64,000 nt of DNA from Bythopirellula sp. (GCA_965216565.1 OZ244170.1:3648001-3712000); one strand, 5' to 3'. Numbered from the stretch's first letter, positions 1-10,379 are shown. Notes: a model not told the origin generated them from the sequence alone. Made by a program: numbers and translations.

Positions 1-619
1 CACCCACAATTGCCGGAATCCCCAAGCCCTCGGCCACAATCGCCGTATGGCTCCCGGGCCCGCCAATCTCTGTGACCATACCCAAGACGAACCGCGGATT
101 GAGGTGGGCCGTCTCGCTCGGTGTAAGGTTGTGAGCGAGTACCAACACGGGCGACGTAATCTGCGAAAGTTCTTCGCGGCGCCGACCGAGCAAATTGCGG
201 AGGATTCTTTTTTCGATGTCAAAGATGTCATTTGCACGCTCTGCCATGTACTTGCCTTCCAAGGACTGGAAGACTTTGGCATAGCGACGTAGAGCACGGC
301 TCACCGCATACTCGGGCGAGTAGTGGCGGGTGCGGATCATCTCTTGAATTTCTTCGTGCAGGCGAGGGTCACGAAGCATTTGCAGATGGGCCGAGAAGAT
401 CGCGGCGTAGTCGTCACCTAATTGGTCGGCAACGCGCTTGCGATTGTGCTCCACCTCTTCCACCGCAGCATCGAACGCCTTGCCTAGACGCTCAAGCTCT
501 TGCTCGACGGCATCGCGCGGCAGGAAACGACGGGGGATCCGAAATCCCTCGTTATCGAGAACCAATGCTTCGCCGATCGCAATACCAGGCGATACGGCAA
601 TGCCTTGGAGGCGTTCCAT
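1..619 (-). CDS. ptsI: Phosphoenolpyruvate-protein phosphotransferase (PTS enzyme I), 5' part; runs off the window start
   Basis: Manual minus-strand translation: [20 protein letters not shown]... and ...[12 protein letters not shown]...[23 protein letters not shown] (phospho-His motif SHTAI); follows ptsH. Confidence 0.93.
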   Translation of the reverse strand, partial: MERLQGIAVSPGIAIGEALVLDNEGFRIPRRFLPRDAVEQELERLGKAFDAAVEEVEHNRKRVADQLGDDYAAIFSAHLQMLRDPRLHEEIQEMIRTRHYSPEYAVSRALRRYAKVFQSLEGKYMAERANDIFDIEKRILRNLLGRRREELSQITSPVLVLAHNLTPSETAHLNPRFVLGMVTEIGGPGSHTAIVAEGLGIPAIVG

Positions 620-933
620 TGCGGCCTCACTACACGCCAGCAGCAGCGGGGCGCGAGTGCCGATCTATGCATGAAACTTTAAAAAGGGAGGATAATGCGA
701 TTTCACGCGAGATCAAACCATTTGATCTGCGCCACAAACTCATATGCAATTGCTTCTTGCCACATCAATCGATAACTCGGGCAAGTCAACAAAAGTAGCT
801 CCCGAAAGTCTCAGGCAACAGGCCGAACTCTCGTCACCCAGCCTAAGCGGCTGGACGCTTACGTGGTTTCAAACCCAAGTGCTTATCGGATTGGCGCCCC
901 AAAGAGATGCGAACACCCCTGAGGCCGTGCCAG

Positions 934-1239
934 TTATCCCGAACTGCCTTGGCTCATTGTTTCATCACTAGCGAAATCGCTTTCGACCAGCCGGGTGAGC
1001 GCCTCAATCGCTTCTTTGGCGTCGGCCCCTCGGGCTTGCAGGATCACTTCCGTTCCCTGCGCAGCTCCCAAAGTGAGCACGTGCAAGATGCTTTTGGCGT
1101 CTACGGACTGGTTGTTGCGAATCACTTCAACTTCTGACTCAAACTGCATCGCCGTGCGCGCCAGCATTTCTGCAGGTCTTGCATGTAATCCTTGCGGATT
1201 GCTGATGACTACCGTGTTTTGCACACAAGGCGATTCCAT
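934..1239 (-). CDS. ptsH: HPr phosphocarrier protein
   Basis: GLHARPA (His15) and DAKSIL (Ser46) motifs. Confidence 0.93.
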   Translation of the reverse strand: MESPCVQNTVVISNPQGLHARPAEMLARTAMQFESEVEVIRNNQSVDAKSILHVLTLGAAQGTEVILQARGADAKEAIEALTRLVESDFASDETMSQGSSG

Positions 1240-1259
1240 CAAGTAATCTCTTTATCTCT

Positions 1260-1289
1260 CTTGGCTGTTACTGGCTTGGCTGTTACTGG
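1260..1289. repeat. Perfect 15-bp tandem duplication (CTTGGCTGTTACTGG x2) between ptsN and ptsH
   Basis: Directly visible in the sequence. Confidence 0.85.
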
Positions 1290-1333
1290 GGCAGTTATCT
1301 CCGACCAACCTGAACGGCTGTCAGGTGCCTCCG

Positions 1334-1807
1334 TCAGACAAACTGGTTGTTATCCGCTTCTTCTAACAACTGCCAAACGTCGTCGGACGTCTTGCTTTGC
1401 TTCAGAAGCTTGCAGAAAGTATCGTCGCGAAGCTGTCGCGAGATATTTTCTAAGGCCCGAAGGTGGTCGCCTGGTCGATCGGGAGGAGAGATTAACAAGA
1501 ACAACAGGTGCACTTTCTCGCCGTCTAGGCTATCGAAATCGACACCGTCCTCGCTCACCGCTACTGTACCTACCAACTCGTCGACACTGGGGTGTTTGGT
1601 GTGAGGCACAGCGACCCCGCGACCAATTCCTGTGCTGCCCAACTCTTCTCTTTTTAGAACCGCTTCGACGATGCTCTTGTGTTGATCTTCAGTGATCTTT
1701 CCCGACTCCAGCAGGGCCGTTGCCATGGCTTGGATCACCTGCTCTTTGTCGTCTACGTCTAAGCTGGTTCGAATCGCATCGCGACTCACAAAATCAACAA
1801 ACTTCAT
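1334..1807 (-). CDS. ptsN: PTS IIA (Ntr/fructose-mannitol type) protein
   Basis: REELGSTGIGRGVAVPH motif; context hpf-IIA-HPr-EI; ATG at 1807 preferred. Confidence 0.88.
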   Translation of the reverse strand: MKFVDFVSRDAIRTSLDVDDKEQVIQAMATALLESGKITEDQHKSIVEAVLKREELGSTGIGRGVAVPHTKHPSVDELVGTVAVSEDGVDFDSLDGEKVHLLFLLISPPDRPGDHLRALENISRQLRDDTFCKLLKQSKTSDDVWQLLEEADNNQFV

Positions 1808-1986
1808 AAGATACTCCACTCACAAATATGTATTTATGCAAAGGCGCTCGGCCGAGGAGCAATCGCTCCGCCACTGGGCACTGGTACTTTTTTGAATAAC
1901 ATCGCCACGAGCCACCCGGGCTGCGCAACGCTTCAACAACCTAACTTACTTACTCGAATCTAAGGCTCAGCTTATTCAACTTCACC

Positions 1987-2343
1987 TTATTCCTCTTCAC
2001 CCTCTCCTTCGATCGGTGCCGGCTCGAGCCGGCGTACCGAAGGATTGCGATGCTTGTCTTGAACTCGTTCTTTGTATTTTCGTAATTGCTGTTCGATCTT
2101 GTGAATACACGATTCAAACGACTTCATTAAGTTGTCGGATTGATCATGAGCTACGAAATCGTGTTTATGTTCAGCAGATGCTTTGATGTCGACTTTTGGT
2201 AGGTTTTCGTCTTTCACATCGACGACGATCTCAATCGCAGTCAGGCGGTCGAAAATTCGACCCAGCTTTTCAGCTTTCACCTTCAGCTTTTCCTGCGAAG
2301 CGTCGCTCAAATGACCATGTCGAACGGATATATCGAGCTGCAC
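1987..2343 (-). CDS. hpf: Ribosome hibernation factor HPF/RaiA (sigma-54 modulation protein family)
   Basis: MQLDISVRHGHLS...KIEQQLRKYKER pattern, 118 aa, upstream of ptsN. Confidence 0.85.
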   Translation of the reverse strand: MQLDISVRHGHLSDASQEKLKVKAEKLGRIFDRLTAIEIVVDVKDENLPKVDIKASAEHKHDFVAHDQSDNLMKSFESCIHKIEQQLRKYKERVQDKHRNPSVRRLEPAPIEGEGEEE

Positions 2344-2595
2344 GTAGGGGAACTCCTTGCCAGAGTGCGGGGACTGGTCATCGGCCTCAGGGATCCAATG
2401 CCTTTGGTAGAGACCTATTTTAGAACTTCATTCTAGCGATTTACGATCCAGACGACAAACCTACTCGCTCAGTTATTTGCGAGCACTTCCCGGAAAAAGG
2501 GCCATTTTTGCCATTGCGTCGTACCCAGCGAGCCTGTCTAGACGGCCTTGATCCGACCACTCCAACCGAGAGGCCCTACCTGGGAGACCTAGGCA

Positions 2596-4974
2596 TCAAG
2601 ACCCGGCCGGCATGAGATCGTTGGACTCGAATCGATTCCACAACTTCCGCAATGCGCGTTGCCGCTGCGAGGAGTCGGCCTCGGGACGATAGCCCGCCTT
2701 GTAGGTGGATCCGGTAATCTGGTTGAGGTTGTAAGTTGCCAGCACTCGATAATCGAGGCTTTCGTTGTCTAACCAGCCCAGCAATTTGACCAATGCCCCG
2801 TTCTGTTGCTGCTCGGCAGTGAGGCCAACTTCCTGGTCGCTATAGCCCTGGACCATTTCCATTAAATCCTGGGTGGCCTCGCGGCCTCGCAGTGTTTCGA
2901 ATGCATCTCGCACTTGTGCAGCAACTTTGGGGCTCAGTGCTATCGCTGCGCGGAGACTATCAATATGGTCGTCCCAAGCTTTGCGTTGATCCACGTCACT
3001 CAGCGACTTCACGAAAGGCTCGAATTGCCCAACGTGCAAACTCGATTTTGCGGCCAAGGTGCGCACCTCGCGCCGACGGCCTAGTCCTGCCGGATCATTT
3101 AGTTCAAGTAGAGTGATCTCAACGGGCTCCTTCTCGACCAATTGTTCGGAGAGAGCCTTCTTGGCACGACGTTCGATGTCGGTCACCTCTTCGTGATCGA
3201 TCCACACCGGTAGCTCTTCGATTGGCGAAGGCAGTTCGTCGATGCCTTCAATCGTTTTCCAAGCTGATGGGGCTTCAATCGTTTGCTTGCCGCCGCCTAA
3301 CCCGGGCCATTGCACACTGCCGCTGGTCAGGTACCAATCGACCTCAATAGGCGCCACCTCGGTTTCGAAATTGCTACCCGGCACAAATACGCGACGCACC
3401 TTGACTGCAAGACTGGCAGAACCACCCAACTTCATCTCGCGAGTGTCCTCACCTAGCTTCAGCAGTAGCGGCCCACCATCCAAACCTGCATTGATCAATA
3501 GTCGGCCATACAGGACATCGAGACCGACCCCCCCTTCACTAGAGAGTTGGTCGGCGTCGAGAATTTGAACGCGCGTCCCGCCAGCCAAATAGATGTTCAT
3601 CTCTTGCAAAGATATATGGGGCCGAAATGTTGGGAGTGTCAGCAAGTGATCGCCACCTGTGATGGCTGTTCTTGGTGGCATGCGAATCCACTTTCCCGTC
3701 TCAAAATCTCGACGCAACAGAATATCGGCAGCCACACTCAGGTAGTTGCCCATTTGAACCGGCCCTTCCGGCTCTGGTGGAGGCGGCACTGAAGACGCCC
3801 CCCCTACACCAAAATCATCTGTCAGTGCATCGTCGGTCGCGACTCGATCAGACCCTACTCCTAAAATGGGTCTCACAGGATCGGTCGTTTGCGGCGGCAA
3901 CGGGGCATCGGGCGTGGCCTCTGCCAAGGGATCGCCATCTAAGGGACTGCTAGTCGAGGAATCGCCATCGGCACCAGACGTCGCGGTGCTAACCCCGGGA
4001 ACCACTGAATCGGGCTGACTTGCGGCAACGGCGTCATTCGTCGAATCGAGGTCGCCCGCTGAAGGGGAATCCACTTCTTTCTCCTCAGCTTCGCCTGAGG
4101 AAGTCGCATCGTCGGCAGAACCCTCGCCCTCCCCTGTGGTCTCAGAAGAGTCCGTCTCTGGTACAAACGGAGGCGCCGACGAATCGTTGGTCTCAACCTG
4201 AGGCTCAGGTTCGCTTACCGATTCGATTTCAATAGCAGGTCCGCTTTCGATGCTTTGCATGTCAACCGAGGCCACGCCTTCCGGCAATTCCGGCTCAGCA
4301 ACTGGACGAAAGAGAAAATAGCCCAACGCCCCAAACATCGCGACAATGCAAGCTGCTGCTACCAGACGCAGTTTGTGATGACGCTCGGCAGTGGCAGCGC
4401 GCAAATAGTCCGGCACCTCAGCTTCTTCTTCCACATACTCATACGAAGGTGGCACGGGTGCGATGGGCACCTGGGGACGCGGTGCTGCGGGTTGTTCGAC
4501 AGGGGGTGCCTGGTGAGCGGGTTCGATTCTTAGCGACTTCGTCCGCTCGGCTTCTTCCGGCAAACGATACATCCGATCGCGAATCGAGGTTTCGATCTCT
4601 GCCGGCTCACCCAATACCATCGTCAGCACATGATGGCACGAAGCCACCTCGGCCAAATGCATATCGGCTTCGGTACCCGGCTCCAGGCAAATCCGCTCGA
4701 ACTCGGCGACGCGCTCAGGAGAAAGTGTATTGTCCAAATACTCCGAAACCGTATTGGCATCAGCAGTGTCAGCCTCGTCTCCCAGTACATCCTGGCTATC
4801 TTCGGCAAGAACCGCGGGGGCACCCAATCGAAGACGGCGAACTGTATCGCGGGAGCGATGAATCAACTCAGTGGCAAAATCACTGGACTCAATTTTCTTG
4901 CCCAGATCTTCATGGTCCTCTGGTTCTAGAATGTCATCGACATAAGCCAGCAATGTTCGGAGGGTGAGTCGCAT
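2596..4974 (-). CDS. Membrane-anchored hypothetical protein with two N-terminal anti-sigma-like repeats, an acidic/Pro linker and a C-terminal beta plus helical region
   Basis: 792-aa ORF; LLAYVDDILEP and VSEYLDNTLSPER segments; one TM helix (LVAAACIVAMFGALGYFLF). Confidence 0.8.
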   Translation of the reverse strand: MRLTLRTLLAYVDDILEPEDHEDLGKKIESSDFATELIHRSRDTVRRLRLGAPAVLAEDSQDVLGDEADTADANTVSEYLDNTLSPERVAEFERICLEPGTEADMHLAEVASCHHVLTMVLGEPAEIETSIRDRMYRLPEEAERTKSLRIEPAHQAPPVEQPAAPRPQVPIAPVPPSYEYVEEEAEVPDYLRAATAERHHKLRLVAAACIVAMFGALGYFLFRPVAEPELPEGVASVDMQSIESGPAIEIESVSEPEPQVETNDSSAPPFVPETDSSETTGEGEGSADDATSSGEAEEKEVDSPSAGDLDSTNDAVAASQPDSVVPGVSTATSGADGDSSTSSPLDGDPLAEATPDAPLPPQTTDPVRPILGVGSDRVATDDALTDDFGVGGASSVPPPPEPEGPVQMGNYLSVAADILLRRDFETGKWIRMPPRTAITGGDHLLTLPTFRPHISLQEMNIYLAGGTRVQILDADQLSSEGGVGLDVLYGRLLINAGLDGGPLLLKLGEDTREMKLGGSASLAVKVRRVFVPGSNFETEVAPIEVDWYLTSGSVQWPGLGGGKQTIEAPSAWKTIEGIDELPSPIEELPVWIDHEEVTDIERRAKKALSEQLVEKEPVEITLLELNDPAGLGRRREVRTLAAKSSLHVGQFEPFVKSLSDVDQRKAWDDHIDSLRAAIALSPKVAAQVRDAFETLRGREATQDLMEMVQGYSDQEVGLTAEQQQNGALVKLLGWLDNESLDYRVLATYNLNQITGSTYKAGYRPEADSSQRQRALRKLWNRFESNDLMPAGS

Positions 4975-5115
4975 ATTTTGTTTCTCGAGTTCTCATTCTC
5001 GGGGGGGAACCTGCGCGGGAGCGCATTGGCACCCGCCTTTACCAGTATTAGTGGCAAGCCGCAAATTGGTTCGTGCAGAATTCCTGCGAGAAAACAGAGA
5101 ATTATCGAGAGATGC

Positions 5116-5478
5116 CTAGGATCGCAGAAAAATCAGCGACCGCAGGTCGCTTAGCTGTCCACTCGACTGCTGTTCCCGTCGTCGTTCTGCCAAGCTCTTG
5201 GCAGCCGGGAACACAATCAAGGCCAAGAGAGAGGCCGAAATCTGAAATCCTGCCACAGCCAGCGGGTGGAGGCGCGGCAAAGTGTCCGCTCGCAGCGTGG
5301 TTCGCAACGCCTGAGGAGGCTCCCAGCCATCGACTGTTCTGACCCAAGTCGAGGTATCAAAGCGAGTAGCGACGATATCTGGCTCTCCCCGAGCTTGTTC
5401 AAAATGGCTCAGCAGTGCGCAGATTAACGCGACCAGGCAAACGGTAGTCAAACATCGGGCCAAGACGAACGCCTCCAT
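5116..5478 (-). CDS. Small hypothetical membrane protein
   Basis: Two hydrophobic segments flanking WVRTVDGWE; start uncertain. Confidence 0.55.
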   Translation of the reverse strand: MEAFVLARCLTTVCLVALICALLSHFEQARGEPDIVATRFDTSTWVRTVDGWEPPQALRTTLRADTLPRLHPLAVAGFQISASLLALIVFPAAKSLAERRREQQSSGQLSDLRSLIFLRS

Positions 5479-5661
5479 TAGGGCCGCCACCGAGATAAGA
5501 AGAAAACTGCGTGGTGGTACCCAGAGAAGTTGCAACCGGCATTCCGAGTCGCAACGCATTCAACAGCGTTTCATGCAGAAAACCCTGCTATTGCAGTGCG
5601 ATACGCCGTTGCAAAAGAAAAGCAGAAGCCCGGAGATGAGGTAATTCCGCCACAGGCAAGT

Positions 5662-5695
5662 TGCGCGAGTGTTGCGATTATTCAACACTTGCGCA
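5662..5695. promoter_or_regulatory. Intergenic dyad TGCGCGAGTGTTG-N8-CAACACTTGCGCA
   Basis: 12/13 matching arms in a divergent, AT-rich intergenic region. Confidence 0.45.
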
Positions 5696-6001
5696 CTGAA
5701 GGGGTCATTCCGCAAGTTGCCCCCACGCACAAGTCAAGCGCCTGGCTTAATTTTCTTAGCCGTACTAATCGCTAAGTTTCGGCAAAATTATTTTCAATTT
5801 CGTTACTGTTTGCCTGTCTGACATTTACGTCACGAAATTTTCTAGAAACTACTCCGCAGAGCATTTGCAGAATAAAATTTAGTAGCAATTCAGTTATGGT
5901 ATGCGTATCGTAATTGTCAGAAGGGCACGACGTAACGGCAAGGAAGCATTGGCTTGCGTGAAATAACAAAACAACTCGCGCATGAGAAAGCAAAGTTGCC
6001 T

Positions 6002-6517
6002 ATGTCTACTCAACAGAGAGAACGAGTCCGTCGAGTACGCCGCGAAGCGGAGGGATATCTCGAACTAGGGATGCCCGAGTACGCTCTGCGCTCGCTTCAA
6101 CGCCGAGGACGCTTGGTTCACAGCGACTCGCGAGGTTGCTATCTACTTGGCGAATGCCTGCGAGAACTTCGTCGCTATAACGAAGCCATCTTTCCCCTTC
6201 GCCGAAGCCTGCAACTCATCCCCGACGACATCCACGCGTGGATGGCACTGGCTTGGTGCTACAAACGTGTTGGGCAATTAGACCGTGCGATCGGCTCGCT
6301 AGAACGGGCCGTGGAAATCGAACCGGGCGAAGCGGTGTTGCACTACAACCTGGCCTGCTATTGGAGCCTGGCCCACAATCCTCATCAGGCGCTCCGCTAT
6401 CTAACGAACGCCTTGGATATCGACGGCAACTTCCGCGACTTTGTTTCGGACGAACCCGACTTCGATCCAATGCGAGCCGACCCGCAGTTCCAAAGCCTTA
6501 CCGGCATGCTGGGTTAG
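6002..6517 (+). CDS. Tetratricopeptide repeat protein
   Basis: TPR-like helices (AWMALAWCYKRVGQLDRAI, LHYNLACYWSL) and C-terminal DPDFDPMR-type motif. Confidence 0.85.
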   Translation: MSTQQRERVRRVRREAEGYLELGMPEYALRSLQRRGRLVHSDSRGCYLLGECLRELRRYNEAIFPLRRSLQLIPDDIHAWMALAWCYKRVGQLDRAIGSLERAVEIEPGEAVLHYNLACYWSLAHNPHQALRYLTNALDIDGNFRDFVSDEPDFDPMRADPQFQSLTGMLG

Positions 6518-6772
6518 TGAGATGGTGCCGACGGTGCACTCTCGATGAATAGGGAAGAGACCTTTCCTTCGGTGATCTTTCCATGCCCTTGAAATGCCTC
6601 CTTTAATGCCATTTTCTTGATTCGCCTCTAGGATCAGATAACATGGGGGCTTACTGAGACCCTGGGGCTTCCGATTTCTACTCGTTCCCTAGCGCCATGT
6701 TTTCTCTAAGATTCACTTGAGACTTCACCAACACCGATCTCCCTCTGCTAATTCCTAACGATTGGTCGGCTC

Positions 6773-8080
6773 ATGAACACGAACAAAACCATCGTCCTAT
6801 TATCGCCCGCATTGATCGCTCTCTTCTCTACAGTTTTGTGTGCCAACCAATGGACCGGAGGTGCTGGCGATTGGTTCGACGGAACCAATTGGATCGGTGG
6901 CGTACCTGACATCACTCGTCTCGCAGACATCCGTGATGGCGATGTTCAATTCAATGCACCTGCTTTCGCACGAGAACTAAGGGTCGCCACAAATGGAATC
7001 GACGGCACGTTAGGCGAATTAGCTGGTACGGACAATCTAACGATCGAACGTAGCGCGGGTATTGGAACTGCATCTGGCACTCTGACTCGTACCGGTGCAG
7101 TGTCAATCATAGGCGGGGACTTTTCGCTCGGTGATCTGAACTTCGCCGGCAGCTTAGCAGTTGGCACTGCAAGTGGCACTGGAACCGACAATGTAGCGGT
7201 GGGTAACGGTAGTTTATCTGTTACTGACGGGAATGTCATATTGACTTCAAATGTGATTGCAAGCGTCGGAACTGCTGGTGGAACTGGTACCAACAACACC
7301 CATACCGGCAATGGACAGGTCGACATTACGAATGGAAATTTTGAAGGAAGTACACTTCGGGTTGGTATTGCTGGTGGCACCGGTAGTGCTAATGGCTTTG
7401 CCGATGGCACTGTTTCGGTGACCGGTGGCGATTTAGTCTTTTCGCAGTCGATTACCGTCGGTCTATCGGGGGGCACGTCAAATTTTGACGGAGACGCTGT
7501 GGGTCTGCTCACCGTCGATCAGGGAAATATTTTTACCGACATCATTATTGTCGGGAGAACGTCGTTTCAGAGTAACGCATCTGGCATCTCTGATGGCAGG
7601 CTTATCATTAGCGACGGAAATATCATGATGGAAGAGATGAGTGTTGGACTTCCAATAAGTGGTCCTACTTACGGCCTTGTTGAGCAGACACGGGGCGTGA
7701 TTAATGGGTTTGACTTCACGCTGGGAACTGCGGGCGACTTGGTGCTTGGAATCGATGGCACAGTTCTCGGTGATGAGTATAGCCAGTTGAAAGCGAATAA
7801 CGTCGCGCTGGATGGCAACGTCGAAGCCCGTTTTCAAAATGGCTTTCTGCCTCAGGGTGGCGACAGTTTCGATTTGGTAGTTTCCGATAATCTGACTGGC
7901 AACTACAACTTGTCGATCACTGGCATCAACCAGCAAGACTATCCCAACCTGCGAATCGTTGAATCCAGTCGGCTGATCCGTGTGAAGTTCTTGGTCCCAG
8001 AGCCTCAACTTGGACTGCTTCTAGTCGCTTGCCCCGGGCTTTTCACGTGGATGAGGCCGTCAAAGCGACTCAGTCGATGA
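6773..8080 (+). CDS. Secreted PEP-CTERM protein with Gly/Thr-rich beta-strand repeats
   Basis: Signal peptide; repeated VGxAGGTG units; C-terminal VPEP + hydrophobic stretch + basic tail. Confidence 0.82.
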   Translation: MNTNKTIVLLSPALIALFSTVLCANQWTGGAGDWFDGTNWIGGVPDITRLADIRDGDVQFNAPAFARELRVATNGIDGTLGELAGTDNLTIERSAGIGTASGTLTRTGAVSIIGGDFSLGDLNFAGSLAVGTASGTGTDNVAVGNGSLSVTDGNVILTSNVIASVGTAGGTGTNNTHTGNGQVDITNGNFEGSTLRVGIAGGTGSANGFADGTVSVTGGDLVFSQSITVGLSGGTSNFDGDAVGLLTVDQGNIFTDIIIVGRTSFQSNASGISDGRLIISDGNIMMEEMSVGLPISGPTYGLVEQTRGVINGFDFTLGTAGDLVLGIDGTVLGDEYSQLKANNVALDGNVEARFQNGFLPQGGDSFDLVVSDNLTGNYNLSITGINQQDYPNLRIVESSRLIRVKFLVPEPQLGLLLVACPGLFTWMRPSKRLSR

Positions 8081-8197
8081 CTAGGCCCAGAGTCATAGGG
8101 GCATGCTAGGTTAATGGCAAAGCTTTAGGTGCAATTCTTCGAGTCCTGCTGACTTCAATTCATGACTGCCATGAGACATTAGCCGCGATTGCTCCAC

Positions 8198-8232
8198 AAA
8201 AAAACCCGGCTGACGCTCGCGCGCCAGCCGGG
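8198..8232 (-). terminator. Rho-independent terminator of the BBP7-like gene
   Basis: Stem CCCGGCTG/CAGCCGGG next to an A7 tract (U7 on the minus strand), ~40 nt after the stop. Confidence 0.8.
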
Positions 8233-8269
8233 ATAATGGAAACCCTCAGCTTCGGTTCGTAAACAAGGC

Positions 8270-10051
8270 TTAGTAGTTATACTCGATGCCTGTTTGCAAA
8301 CCGTGAATCAACAGCGAACCGTTGGAATGAATCCAACCGACTTGAGCTGGTGAGTTGAACGATGGAGGGATCTGATCGGTCGTTAGAGCCACGCCGGTCA
8401 CACCCATCACTCTCCAACCGCCATACACCCGGCAGTTGCAGCTATACCTGTAACTCGCTCCTAAGCGAAGTTCGCCGAGGATCGATACGTCGTCCTTGTC
8501 GTTCTCTACGTAGGTCGAGTCATTGCCATTATTTGCGTGTCGGACGGTACCGGCAGTAGGTGCATCCATCCACTGGGCAACTTCGATGTGATTGCCGTAC
8601 AGGCCAACGTTCGAAGCACAATGAAGTGCTAGACGTCCACTGCTACCACAGCGATAAGTACCTCGGCAGCCAAGCTGTCCACCGTACAGTGTGTTATCAG
8701 TCTGTACGTTGTAGGCAAGGAAGCTCTGAACATTGGTATCCATTCGCTCGAAATCGGTGCGGAACCAGAAGTCGTCGTCCATGCGGAGGAAGCGTGCACC
8801 GAGAACGGTGGTCACAGAGTAACGAGGTAGCGAAGCGCCGCAACCTCCACAGCCACCCATGCTGCAGCAGCCATCGCAGCCGCCAGCACCACATCCACCC
8901 ATGCCACATGCAGAACCGCCCATGCCGCAAGCACCGGCACCCGAGCAACCAGAGCTCAGAGCTGGGATCCGTAGCAAGTTCGCTTCGATATTCTGCATCG
9001 AGAACGTATTGCGTACCGAGAACTGACGCACTTCTACATCGTAGGGTGCGGTGCGATCCTCAGTCGGTGGACCGTAATCGTAGTAGTCATTAACCGGTCG
9101 ATAGTCAGCCACAAGACCTGTTGGGCTGTATTCCCAACCGCGGAAATCGATCATGCCGTACAGACGGTTGGCGTCGACAGTCGTATCGGTGACGAACGAA
9201 GTAGCACTCTCTTCGAACAATCCCCAGTAGACAACTTCCCAACCATGAGTTGGTCCGCAACCACAGGAGCCTGCACCACAACCATAGGCGTCGCAGCCGC
9301 CGTAGCCACAGCCACCGGCACCACGTCCACCGCCCATGTAGGCACCCAGACGAAACTCAACACCGGCTTGGTAGTCGATGTCAGCATCGCGAACCTCCAG
9401 GTTCACTTCGCCGTCTGCTGGGTAGTAGCCAGGAGCACCCGGGGTGGGCGTGGAGAACGAGATTGGCACGTACGGACCACGATCGCGATCCATCAATAAG
9501 CCATAAACGCCGCCGAACCATTGTGGGCGACATCCACCACAAGCGCCATCGAGGCAACCTACACCGGCGTGTTGGCCAGCACATTGGCAATAGCTTTGTC
9601 CACCGTTGAATGTGTTGTACGAGTTGTAGCAACCACCATCGCATCCACTGTAGCTACCTTGGTAGGCAGGGGCGGGAGCAGGGGCTTGTCCCTGGCAGTT
9701 GCCCGTAGGACAACCAGCAGCAGGCACCTGCGCTGGAACCTGTTCTGTGTAGTTTTGGTGACCTTCGCCGTGGTGCTCCATGGCCGAGTAGGCCATGGCC
9801 GTGTACGGCGGGGTTTGAGCATAGCGACTCGCAGGCTGAGTCGGTGCCGCGTAAGGCTGTCCCGATGCCTGGGGTGCAAAACTCTGCCAAGGTTGTTGGG
9901 CGGAGTAGGCAGCGGGGTTCTGCTGCTGTTGAGGCGGATTGGAATATCCGTACTGATTGTATTGGGCACGGACGGCGTCGGCTCCTTGCAGAAGCACGGC
10001 CATAGCGGCCAATGCCGCGATTCCGCTCCCTCGGGTCCACGAAACTCTCAT
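8270..10051 (-). CDS. Planctomycete BBP7-type outer-membrane beta-barrel protein
   Basis: Signal peptide, Q/P-rich then Cys/Gly-rich N-terminus, amphipathic strands, C-terminal HGLQTGIEYNY; ATG 10051 preceded by AGGAGA. Confidence 0.75.
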   Translation of the reverse strand: MRVSWTRGSGIAALAAMAVLLQGADAVRAQYNQYGYSNPPQQQQNPAAYSAQQPWQSFAPQASGQPYAAPTQPASRYAQTPPYTAMAYSAMEHHGEGHQNYTEQVPAQVPAAGCPTGNCQGQAPAPAPAYQGSYSGCDGGCYNSYNTFNGGQSYCQCAGQHAGVGCLDGACGGCRPQWFGGVYGLLMDRDRGPYVPISFSTPTPGAPGYYPADGEVNLEVRDADIDYQAGVEFRLGAYMGGGRGAGGCGYGGCDAYGCGAGSCGCGPTHGWEVVYWGLFEESATSFVTDTTVDANRLYGMIDFRGWEYSPTGLVADYRPVNDYYDYGPPTEDRTAPYDVEVRQFSVRNTFSMQNIEANLLRIPALSSGCSGAGACGMGGSACGMGGCGAGGCDGCCSMGGCGGCGASLPRYSVTTVLGARFLRMDDDFWFRTDFERMDTNVQSFLAYNVQTDNTLYGGQLGCRGTYRCGSSGRLALHCASNVGLYGNHIEVAQWMDAPTAGTVRHANNGNDSTYVENDKDDVSILGELRLGASYRYSCNCRVYGGWRVMGVTGVALTTDQIPPSFNSPAQVGWIHSNGSLLIHGLQTGIEYNY

Positions 10052-10379
10052 TCGTCGGGTCTCCTTTACGTGGTATTGCTCCCATCCTTGGGAACAGGCA
10101 CCGGTGCAGTTGTACGTGTTTTTTCTGTTAATCCCGTTTTCGTACTTTGTCTGCGTCGGCAAAAAAATTGCATACTGCGAGTTTGGACGTAGAGATTCGT
10201 CCCTAGATGCCAATCGACCAGTACGACCGGTACGCATTGGTAAGGCTTGCAGACTGCAAAGATGTTTTTCTGGGTCCCAGAGAAAGAACCGTTGTAACCG
10301 TCAAGCTCTAGCAGGCACAGGTTTCCAGGCCCGCAAAGTTTACCTGAGCGTTACAGCGAAGCCCTAAGGGACCAGACGC

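Noticed and set aside
232..798. 188-aa plus-strand ORF
   Set aside because: Antisense to the clearly recognisable ptsI 5' region
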